Assembly: GCA_034422455.1 (NCBI GenBank)
Contig: DAOUJQ010000016.1
Location: forward strand, 1,152-65,151
From: Dehalococcoidia bacterium
Lineage (GTDB): Bacteria > Chloroflexota > Dehalococcoidia > Lucifugimonadales > UBA1127
Direction: 5' to 3'
Length of the DNA stretch: 64,000 nt
Shown: positions 57,700 to 64,000 of the stretch, one piece after another
Numbering within the stretch: the first letter of the stretch is position 1
Layout of the letters: each line of letters opens with the position of its first letter
Program-made: the position numbers and the translations under genes
Notes under the pieces: model-generated
What the model was told of the DNA's origin: nothing
The model's input: the letters and a program-made list of their open reading frames with translations, nothing else
The model's database searches: none

Positions 57700-58925
57700 C
57701 CAGGACCACTCTGTGCGGGGAGTACCGATTGGCGCGCGCGCCGAGCAAAGAGGCCCTTAGTTCCCCGCCTCTGCCCTTGGTCCCCTTCACTGACTTTGAG
57801 TCAGTTACACCACAAACCCACCTCCAAAGCCTCAATCTCAACTGGACCGAAAAAGACCTACCCGAACGCATCCGCACCAAGCACGTCCACCGCCTCCATC
57901 CCTACCTCGGCAAGTTCATCCCCCAACTCGCTGAAGTATTTCTGCGAAAGTATCGGCCTTCCTTGGTGTGTGACCCCTTCTCCGGATCAGGAACAACGCT
58001 GGTCCAGGCCATAGAGTTGGGCGTCCCGTCGGTGGGCTGCGACATATCCGAGTTCAACTGCATGCTCACGCGGGTCAAGACAGCCAAGTACGATCTTGAA
58101 CTGCTGGACCATGAGATACACGACATTGTTCGCCGAGCAATCGGGGCTGAACAATTGGCCATATTTGAGCCACGAGCCTCCTATGGTGCAGACCCGTATT
58201 TGCAGGAGTGGTTTCATCCGAACGCTCTCCGTGAGTTGGAGAGCTTCCGGTCACTGATACGCGACTACAAGAACCAAGAAGTCCTTCAGGTCATTCTGTC
58301 TCGAGCTGCGCGGTCTGCGCGTCAGACAACCCACTTTGACCTGGACTTCCCCAAGCGACCTCAAACTGAACCCTACTACTGTTACAAGCACAGCCGTATC
58401 TGTAAGCCAACCACAAGCGCCGCACAGTTTCTGAAGAGGTACAGCCTAGACACCCTGCGCCGCATCAAAGAGTTTGCGGGCCAGAGAGACGGAGTTCCCT
58501 CCGAGGTTATCCACGGTGACGCCCGCAATGTTGCATTTCCACCCCATGACCTTGTTTTTACCTCTCCGCCCTATGTGGGGCTTATCGACTACCACGAACA
58601 GCACCGCTACGCATATGAGCTCCTTGGTCTTCCGATGTCGGAAGACCAAGAGATAGGGCCAGCTAGCAGAGGCAACTCAGGCCGCGCAAAGCAGGAATAC
58701 GTGGAAGACATGGCGGCCGTGTTTGGGAACCTGAAGCAAAAGCTGGCCCAGGACGGCACGGTGGTCATCGTAGTAAACGACAAGTTTGACCTCTATGAAC
58801 AGATTGCGACAAAGGCGGGATTCAGGTGCGTGGACGTCTTGAAGCGGCACGTAAACCGCCGCACTGGGCGCCGGGCAGACGACTTCTACGAGAGCATTCT
58901 CATTTGGGAGCGGGGGCGGGGATGA
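57681..58925 (+). CDS. DNA methyltransferase (amino-MTase; motif I before SPPY motif IV, so N4-C or N6-A)
   Basis: HPYLGKFIPQLA...VCDPFSGSGTTLVQAIELG (motif I) and LVFTSPPYVGLIDY (motif IV) lie about 190 aa apart. The true start is uncertain: there is no in-frame ATG near the 5' end, and TTG 57729 preceded by GGGGAG is a candidate. Confidence 0.75.
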   Translation: MRWSLRSRTTLCGEYRLARAPSKEALSSPPLPLVPFTDFESVTPQTHLQSLNLNWTEKDLPERIRTKHVHRLHPYLGKFIPQLAEVFLRKYRPSLVCDPFSGSGTTLVQAIELGVPSVGCDISEFNCMLTRVKTAKYDLELLDHEIHDIVRRAIGAEQLAIFEPRASYGADPYLQEWFHPNALRELESFRSLIRDYKNQEVLQVILSRAARSARQTTHFDLDFPKRPQTEPYYCYKHSRICKPTTSAAQFLKRYSLDTLRRIKEFAGQRDGVPSEVIHGDARNVAFPPHDLVFTSPPYVGLIDYHEQHRYAYELLGLPMSEDQEIGPASRGNSGRAKQEYVEDMAAVFGNLKQKLAQDGTVVIVVNDKFDLYEQIATKAGFRCVDVLKRHVNRRTGRRADDFYESILIWERGRG

Positions 58926-59677
58926 AGGAGAACACCCGGCAAAAGATCATCAAAATCATGAGGGACTTTGCTTCTGCGCAGAAGGCCAAGATAGCCAAGA
59001 TTTCGATAGACGATATCAGAAGAGGTTATCCTTTCCACAGACTAGTCTTTCCTGACCAGGCAATTCTTGCGGCGCGTGCAGAGCGGAGCATTGTGACTTC
59101 AATGGGGAGCACCTTGTACCCGAAGCTCGCAGAAGCAGTTGCATTGGACAGCTACAGCAAGGTCCATTTGGAGCATGAAATCACAGGACAGCTCAATGAT
59201 GCTGCGAGCAACATGATCGCCCAGATTGCGACTGAGTTACGCGCAGGTACTCGCCGACATCCGAATCACGAAGAAGAACGAGAAGAAATCCTGGGTTCTC
59301 GCGGAGGGGGTATCCTAAGCACCACAGTGACCGCTGATCTCTACATAGAGGACTACCGAACAGGACCCCTGTTTATTGAGTTGAAGACTCCGCGTCCTAA
59401 TCTCGATATGGTGGCAGAATCTAAACGTAAGATGCTCACTTTCGAGACAATTATGGCGCGTCGCGGAATTGACAACGCGAGGGCCTTTATGGGCCTCACA
59501 TACAACCCTTTTCTCACCAGAAAGGCCTACGGGCACAGTGTCACCAAGCGAGTGATGGACATGGAACGTGAAGTGCTTATTGGTGAAGAGATGTGGGACT
59601 ACATAGGTGGGACGGGGACGTTCGCTGAGTTGCAGGAACTCATAGATTCAACGCAATCCACAGTTCTGGATATGTAG
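58922..59677 (+). CDS. putative type II restriction endonuclease (PD-(D/E)XK-like)
   Basis: The ATG overlaps the MTase stop codon (ATGA). A candidate catalytic motif is TADLYIED...LFIELKT. The gene has the same low GC as the MTase. Confidence 0.5.
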   Translation: MKENTRQKIIKIMRDFASAQKAKIAKISIDDIRRGYPFHRLVFPDQAILAARAERSIVTSMGSTLYPKLAEAVALDSYSKVHLEHEITGQLNDAASNMIAQIATELRAGTRRHPNHEEEREEILGSRGGGILSTTVTADLYIEDYRTGPLFIELKTPRPNLDMVAESKRKMLTFETIMARRGIDNARAFMGLTYNPFLTRKAYGHSVTKRVMDMEREVLIGEEMWDYIGGTGTFAELQELIDSTQSTVLDM

Positions 59678-59933
59678 ACCTCGCTTGGAGCGGCCGTCGG
59701 GAGTGGCGTACGAGTTTGCGTGGGAGATGGCGGGGGATCTAGGCGCCGGCGAGTGGGCTCGCGGGGAGGGGGAGGCGTACCTGTACTTCGAGCGCCGGGC
59801 GCTGCGGTCGCTGCTGAAGGACTTCGCGGTGGAGCGGGGGTTGGCGTTCTCGGAGGAAGCGGCGGTGTGGTTGTGGGTGGAGTCGCTGCCGTGGACGGAG
59901 TTCGGGACGCTGGAGGTGCATTTCAGCTGGTAG
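59646..59933 (+). pseudogene. possible 3' remnant of a native gene truncated at the R-M island boundary
   Basis: A high-GC reading frame opens at the island edge with only a TTG start and no RBS. It ends ..GTLEVHFSW*, and this end is part of the downstream tandem repeat. Confidence 0.3.
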
Positions 59934-60190
59934 GGGGAGGGGGGCGTTGGCGCGGGGTGGCCGCGTTCGTCGGGGCCCCTGCCTGCGCAGGGGCGACGGG
60001 GGACGCTGGGGGTGCACTTCAGCTGGTAGGGGGAGGGGGCCGTTGGCGCGGGTGGCCGCGTTCGTCGGGGCCCCTGCCTGCGCAGGGGCGACGGGAGACG
60101 CTGGAGGTGCATTTCAGATGGTGGGGGGCGGGGGCCGCTGGCGCGGGGTGGCCGCGTTCGTCGGGGCCCCTGCCTGCGCAGGGGCGACGG
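59906..60190. repeat. tandem repeat, 3 copies of about 95-96 bp
   Basis: Units start at 59906, 60002 and 60097. Each reads GACGCTGGAGGTGCATTTCAGCTGGTAGGGGGAGGGG..GTTGGCGCGGGGTGGCCGCGTTCGTCGGGGCCCCTGCCTGCGCAGGGGCGACGG and ends in a family C hairpin. Confidence 0.9.
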
Positions 60191-60230
60191 GTGCTAGAGG
60201 GTCTTGGTACGACAGGGTGGCGCGGGCGCA

Positions 60231-60265
60231 GGGTTTCTGGATACCGGCATGCGCCGGTATGAGGG
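60231..60265. repeat. family B hairpin
   Basis: GGGTTTCTGGATACCGGCATGCGCCGGTATGAGGG. Confidence 0.85.
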
Positions 60266-60280
60266 GTGGGGCAGAGGGCG

Positions 60281-60421
60281 GGCGGCCACAAAGGTCGCCC
60301 CTACGGGGGACGCCACCCCACCCTACCCCGCACCTCTGGGTTCCTGCCTGCGCAGGAACGACGGATATGTCGTGGGCTAGCACGGAGGCCGCTGTCCTTC
60401 GATTTCCCTCAGGACGAACGG
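60281..60421. repeat. consecutive family D, family C and family A elements
   Basis: GGCGGCCACAAAGGTCGCCCCTACGGGG, then CTCTGGGTTCCTGCCTGCGCAGGAACGACGG, then CTGTCCTTCGATTTCCCTCAGGACGAACGG. Confidence 0.8.
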
Positions 60422-60563
60422 CCTCCTTTCCGTGCCTGGATACCAGCTTTTGCCGGTACGACGAGAGAGCGCAGGCGAACAGAGGGGTGACTTGAGGGAG
60501 CAATTTCCAAATTCGTTCCACCGGCACCCTTGCGGCGCCCCGAGCGTGCTGTTATCATCGCGC

Positions 60564-60591
60564 TTGCCGTCTTCCACGTAGCTGATACAAT
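60564..60591 (+). promoter_or_regulatory. putative promoter of the mazF operon (TTGCCG-N16-TACAAT)
   Basis: The hexamers are at 60564-60569 and 60586-60591, about 47 nt upstream of ATG 60638. Confidence 0.35.
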
Positions 60592-60637
60592 CGGTGGGCG
60601 TGGTATGTTTTACTATCGGGTAGCAGGAGCTAAGCAT

Positions 60638-61051
60638 ATGGCAAACAACCATAACGACCAGATTATTGCTTGCCTCCGCACCCTCAGAGAGACCATCGAC
60701 CGCCTGCAAGACCTCCTCGGCGGGCCGGCCGAGCAGACCATGGAGCGCATGTACCGGCGGCGGCGCGAGCTGCTGACGCGCCTGTACGCCACCGGCGGCC
60801 TCGACCAGAAGGGCCTCTTCGCGCTGCTGGACGAGCACGAGACGCCCCACCAGTGGATAGGCCAGCAGGTGAAGTCGGGCTACATCGAGAAGTTTCCGCG
60901 CCCCTCCGGCAAGGACCTGTACGTCGCCACGCACAAGGCGGTGGAGGACCTGAACCTGCAGGAGGAGGCTTCCGCCCTGGTCTCAGCTACGGACGAGACC
61001 TTCACGACGGACTGGGACAGCGCCGAGGACGCCGCCTATGACCGTCTCTAA
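60638..61051 (+). CDS. putative antitoxin partner of MazF (atypical, 137 aa)
   Basis: The ATG is preceded by GCAGGAG. The 3' end overlaps the mazF start by 14 nt. The acidic tail ..DWDSAEDAAYDRL is typical of antitoxin toxin-binding tails, and no AbrB/MazE-like N-terminus is recognisable. Confidence 0.5.
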   Translation: MANNHNDQIIACLRTLRETIDRLQDLLGGPAEQTMERMYRRRRELLTRLYATGGLDQKGLFALLDEHETPHQWIGQQVKSGYIEKFPRPSGKDLYVATHKAVEDLNLQEEASALVSATDETFTTDWDSAEDAAYDRL

Positions 61052-61385
61052 CGTCCGCCACGGGGACGTCGTCCTGGTGCCCTTCCCGCTGAACTCGCCG
61101 ACGTCGACGCAGCGTCGGCCGGCGGTGGTGGTGAGCGGCGACTACTTCAACAGCGGCACGAACGAGGTGATCATCGCGCCCATCACGGGCCACGGACGGG
61201 CATCGCCCCGCATCGGCGACTACGCGGTCATGGACTGGGAGAACGCGGGGTTGCTGGGGCCGAGCACGGTGCGGGCGCGGCTGACGACGCTGCGGACGTC
61301 GCACCTGCTGCGGAAGCTGGGGGAGCTGTCGCGGCGGGACATCCAGGGGCTGTCGCAGTGGCTGCGGCGGGTGATGGAGCTGTAG
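61038..61385 (+). CDS. mazF: MazF/PemK-family endoribonuclease toxin
   Basis: ..RHGDVVLVPFP......RPAVVVS......N.VIIAPITG... matches the PemK/MazF signature. Confidence 0.85.
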   Translation: MTVSNVRHGDVVLVPFPLNSPTSTQRRPAVVVSGDYFNSGTNEVIIAPITGHGRASPRIGDYAVMDWENAGLLGPSTVRARLTTLRTSHLLRKLGELSRRDIQGLSQWLRRVMEL

Positions 61386-61391
61386 GGGGCC

Positions 61392-61456
61392 CCGTTCGCG
61401 GTTCGACAGGCTCACCACGAACGGGGAAGGGCGACCACAAGGGTTGCCCCTACGGG
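61392..61456. repeat. family A plus family D elements after the mazF stop
   Basis: CCGTTCGCGGTTCGACAGGCTCACCACGAACGG followed by GGGCGACCACAAGGGTTGCCCCTACGGG. Confidence 0.8.
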
Positions 61457-61464
61457 AGGCGGCG

Positions 61465-61494
61465 TTGACATTGCCGCTGTGCGCTCAATATGCT
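61465..61494 (+). promoter_or_regulatory. putative promoter (TTGACA-N18-TATGCT)
   Basis: TTGACA at 61465-61470 and TATGCT at 61489-61494, about 75 nt upstream of ATG 61570. Confidence 0.4.
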
Positions 61495-61569
61495 GGGTTG
61501 TACGGGGCGTCAGTGCATCTTTCCACAATCGCAGGGAGCGCCCGCTCCCACGCAGGCAAAGGCGGCGTC

Positions 61570-61836
61570 ATGACCGACGGTGACAACCAGGGACAGCCCA
61601 CCGAGAAAGCGCCCGGCCAACCACAAGAGACCCCTCGCCGAGGCGTCGACCCGGTGGTGACCGTTTCCTACTTTGGGCCCGATGGGGCTGCGCTGGACAG
61701 GCTGCCCAAGCATCGGGTCTTTCAGGGCCAAAAGTCGACAGTAAGAGCGCGAACGGGTGGGTATGGGGTGGATCCGGAGACGAGCATCCTCTTCATTGGG
61801 CCCAATGGCGAGGTACTCGACAAGCTGCCCTCGTGA
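61570..61836 (+). CDS. hypothetical 88-aa protein with an internal duplicated motif
   Basis: A disordered Pro/Gln-rich N-terminus is followed by two copies of the motif F-x-GP-[DN]-G-x-x-LD-[RK]-LP (VSYFGPDGAALDRLP and ILFIGPNGEVLDKLP). The start is set at ATG 61570. Confidence 0.4.
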   Translation: MTDGDNQGQPTEKAPGQPQETPRRGVDPVVTVSYFGPDGAALDRLPKHRVFQGQKSTVRARTGGYGVDPETSILFIGPNGEVLDKLPS

Positions 61837-62237
61837 ACCTGGAATACGCCTTCTTCTGTGAGGACGTGAGCGCCGACTCGGGCAACACCGTCACCGTAAC
61901 CAGGATTTTCACCGGCCTTGAATCTGCAGCGTTTCCCTACACAGCCCCGGAGCTGGTCGCCGCTCTCTGCATTCGCTTTTCAGTGGCGGAAACCTACGAA
62001 AGCAAGACCATAGAGATGCACCTGTTCGACTCCGACGGCCAGGCCGTCATGCGGCCAGTGCGCCGTGAAGCCGTGCAGATTCCGCAACCCGTCGAAGGAA
62101 GGCTCTACAGGTCTCACCTGTTTGTGCATCACCTGCGCCAAGTGCGCTTCCCCAAACCCGACGACTATCAACTCAGCTGGCTGGTGAACGGGATAGAGGT
62201 CCACTCGCTGCCGCTGCGGGTCTCATTGAGCGCGTAA
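61833..62237 (+). CDS. hypothetical 134-aa protein (resembles what I recall as the DUF6941 family)
   Basis: The GTG start overlaps the upstream stop codon (GTGA). The N-terminus MNLEYAFFCEDVSADSGNTVTVTRIF..FP fits a pattern I associate with DUF6941. This was not verified. Confidence 0.45.
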   Translation: MNLEYAFFCEDVSADSGNTVTVTRIFTGLESAAFPYTAPELVAALCIRFSVAETYESKTIEMHLFDSDGQAVMRPVRREAVQIPQPVEGRLYRSHLFVHHLRQVRFPKPDDYQLSWLVNGIEVHSLPLRVSLSA

Positions 62238-62250
62238 AGAGGCCGGTTTG

Positions 62251-62277
62251 CCCTTCGATTTCCCTCAGGGCGAACGG
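62251..62277. repeat. family A element
   Basis: CCCTTCGATTTCCCTCAGGGCGAACGG, 14 nt after the preceding stop codon. Confidence 0.85.
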
Positions 62278-62315
62278 GTACAATACCTGCCATCACCGGT
62301 AAGGAAGGGACGTCC

Positions 62316-63608
62316 GTGCGCATTGTCCATACGGCAGACGTACACATAGGCGTCGAGAACTACGGGCGGCCGGCGACGCAGGCCGACATCGACGCGCTGC
62401 CGGGCTACTTTGCGCCGGGCATGGCGCGCAACGCGTACCTGGGCCTGTCCACGCGGCTGCTCGACTTCCTGTGCGCACTCGACGAGGTGGTGGACTACGC
62501 GACGCGGAACGACGCCGACCTGGTGCTCATCGCGGGGGACGCGTACAAGAGCCGGGACCCGTCGCAGACGCACCAGCGGGAGTTCGCGCGGCGGATGGCG
62601 ACGCTGGTGAACCGGGGCATCCCCGTCTTCCTGCTGACGGGCAACCACGACATCGCGCACTCGCCGACGCGGGCGACGGCGCTGGACATCTTCCCGACGC
62701 TGGACGTGGCGGGCATCACGGTGGCGGAGCGGTTCGGCACGCACCGGGTCGAGACGCGGGCGGGTACGCTGCAGGTCGTCGCGCTGCCGTGGATACGACG
62801 GGGCGCGTTCCTGGCGCGGGAGGAGCACCAGGGGATGGTCATCGACGAGGTGACGCGGTACGTGGAGGAGGACCTGACGGCGCGCATCCTCGCGGAGGCA
62901 GAGGCACTGGACCTCGCCGTGCCGGCGGTGTTGGCGGCGCACGTGACGGTGAACGGGGCGGTTTCCAGCTCCGAGCGGTCGATGATGCTGGGGCGCGACT
63001 ACACGCTACAGCCGAGCGCCGCGGCTTTGACGGCGTTCGATTATGTCGCACTGGGGCACATCCACAAGCACCAGTGCCTCATCGCGAACCCGCCGGTGGT
63101 GTACCCGGGCAGCCTGCAGCGCGTGGACTTCAGCGAGGAGAACGACCGGAAGGGCTTCTGCGTCGTGGAGATCGACGCGAGCGCGCCGAAGGGCGAGCGC
63201 ACGCGGTGGGAGCACGTGCCCATCGACGCGCGGCGCTTCCTGACGATCGAGGTGACGGTGCCGGCGGACGCGCTCGACGCGACGGCGCTCGTGCTGCGGC
63301 GCATCGAGCAGGTAGACGTGAACGACGCCATCGTGCGGGTGCACGTGACCGTGCCTTCGGCGCTGGCGGGGCGCGTGAACGAGCGCGCCATCCGCGACGC
63401 GCTGGCCGGAGCGCACTCGATCGCGGCGGTGAGCCGGTTCGTGGTGCAGACGCGGCAGCCGCGCATCGGCACAGACGCGCGGGGCATCACGCCGCAGGAG
63501 GCGCTGCAACGCTATCTGGGCGGCCGCACAGACCTGGACGAGGCCACGCGGAGGCAGGCCATCGAGTGGGGCAACGAGCTGGTGGCGGAAGAGACGGCGA
63601 GGGAGTAG
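62316..63608 (+). CDS. sbcD: SbcD/Mre11-family nuclease (calcineurin-like metallophosphoesterase)
   Basis: GTG start with motifs HTADVHIG, IAGDAYK, LTGNHD and ALGHIHKHQ. Confidence 0.85.
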   Translation: MRIVHTADVHIGVENYGRPATQADIDALPGYFAPGMARNAYLGLSTRLLDFLCALDEVVDYATRNDADLVLIAGDAYKSRDPSQTHQREFARRMATLVNRGIPVFLLTGNHDIAHSPTRATALDIFPTLDVAGITVAERFGTHRVETRAGTLQVVALPWIRRGAFLAREEHQGMVIDEVTRYVEEDLTARILAEAEALDLAVPAVLAAHVTVNGAVSSSERSMMLGRDYTLQPSAAALTAFDYVALGHIHKHQCLIANPPVVYPGSLQRVDFSEENDRKGFCVVEIDASAPKGERTRWEHVPIDARRFLTIEVTVPADALDATALVLRRIEQVDVNDAIVRVHVTVPSALAGRVNERAIRDALAGAHSIAAVSRFVVQTRQPRIGTDARGITPQEALQRYLGGRTDLDEATRRQAIEWGNELVAEETARE

Positions 63609-63614
63609 CGCGGA

Positions 63615-64000
63615 ATGGACGTCACCGCCGTCGTGATGGTCGTCGCGCAGTGGGTGCACACGCTGGCGGCCGCGTTCTGGGTGGGCGGCGGCATCGTGTA
63701 CCTGCTGGTGGTCCGCCCGGCGGCGCAGCGGTCTGAGGCCCTTCGACGGAGCTCAGGACAGGCTTCGACAGGGCTCAGGGCGACCCTTCGACGGGGCTCA
63801 GGGCGAACAGAGGAGGGACGGACGCTGGCGGAGGAGTTCCGCGGGCTGGTGGACATCGCGGTGATCGCGATGGTCATCACGGGCGTCGTGCTGGCGTTCG
63901 ACCGGCTGACGTCGCAGCACACAGGCGTCGGATACGGGGCGACGCTGGGCGTGAAGGTGGCGCTGACGCTGTGGATGTTCTGGCTGGCGGGCGTCATCCG
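63615..64000 (+). CDS. integral membrane protein (CopD-like impression), 3' end outside the window, with a repeat-derived in-frame insertion
   Basis: The frame is open from ATG 63615 to the window end. TM1 is VVMVVAQWVHTLAAAFWVGGGIVYLLV, and further TM segments follow a 24-codon stretch made of three family A units (63738-63809). Confidence 0.5.
   Translation, partial: MDVTAVVMVVAQWVHTLAAAFWVGGGIVYLLVVRPAAQRSEALRRSSGQASTGLRATLRRGSGRTEEGRTLAEEFRGLVDIAVIAMVITGVVLAFDRLTSQHTGVGYGATLGVKVALTLWMFWLAGVI
63738..63809. repeat. three consecutive family A units inside a coding frame
   Basis: GCCCTTCGACGGAGCTCAGGACAG, GCTTCGACAGGGCTCAGGGCGA and CCCTTCGACGGGGCTCAGGGCGAACAG total 72 nt, which is 24 codons. 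Confidence 0.85.

Larger units (their letters stand above)
57320..59680. other. low-GC (~50% by eye) 2.4-kb insertion carrying a type II restriction-modification pair
   Basis: Base composition changes abruptly at about 57320 and 59680. The insertion is bounded by repeat clusters, and no integrase or transposase is present. Confidence 0.55.

Noticed and set aside
57789-57805. The ACTGACT-TTG-AGTCAGT palindrome as a bona fide C-box of a controller protein.
   Set aside because: No C-protein (small HTH) gene exists in the island, and the palindrome lies inside the predicted MTase reading frame. It is kept only as a low-confidence regulatory speculation in the findings.
59906-60190. Regularly spaced ~95-bp repeats, considered as a possible CRISPR array.
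   Set aside because: The whole unit is repeated and there are no unique spacers. The unit length is wrong for CRISPR, and no cas genes or leader are present. It is a plain tandem duplication.

Overview
This is a 64-kb high-GC bacterial chromosomal segment (roughly mid-60s % GC by eye). All calls come from reading the sequence and the ORF track. No database search or computation was run, so identities and GC values are approximate. The gene content, a Cheo-type LexA box and the set of GC-rich hairpin repeats suggest a Chloroflexota-like organism, but that is tentative. I call about 65 CDS and 3 tRNAs (Thr-CGU, Pro-UGG, Arg-CCG). There is no rRNA, CRISPR array, transposase or integrase.

Housekeeping blocks:
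- folD
- rpsO-pnp-dapB-asd-dapA-tRNA-Thr
- phoB-phoR-pstS-pstC-pstA (no pstB)
- tRNA-Arg and tRNA-Pro
- mnmA-dinB-rnhB-yraN
- glyQS
- sbcD

Paralogue-rich metabolic blocks:
- Four MFS transporters, two of them in tandem.
- One Rieske oxygenase and two Rieske ferredoxins that flank cobO.
- Two tandem methyltransferases plus an SDMT-like methyltransferase that overlaps panD.
- Two MetE-like proteins and two tandem DinB/MDMPI-like proteins.

Accessory content:
- A low-GC single-gene insertion at 40.1-41.1 kb, encoding a PD-(D/E)XK nuclease with an uncharacterised N-terminal domain.
- A low-GC 2.4-kb type II R-M island at 57.3-59.7 kb.
- A MazF toxin with an atypical 137-aa partner.
- A translationally coupled pair of unknown genes at 61.6-62.2 kb.
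- An orphan Phd/YefM antitoxin beside tRNA-Thr and an orphan YgiT zinc-finger protein.

At least five families of short REP-like hairpin repeats are spread across the window. They mostly sit just 3' of stop codons, and several lie in frame inside coding sequence.

Most interesting candidates:
- The 57-62 kb defence-type stretch, including the uncharacterised gene pair.
- The nuclease insertion at 40 kb.
- A membrane-anchored His-heptad coiled coil fused to a Sec11-like peptidase domain.
- The panD-methyltransferase module.
- A double-domain PstS made by an 864-bp in-frame tandem duplication.
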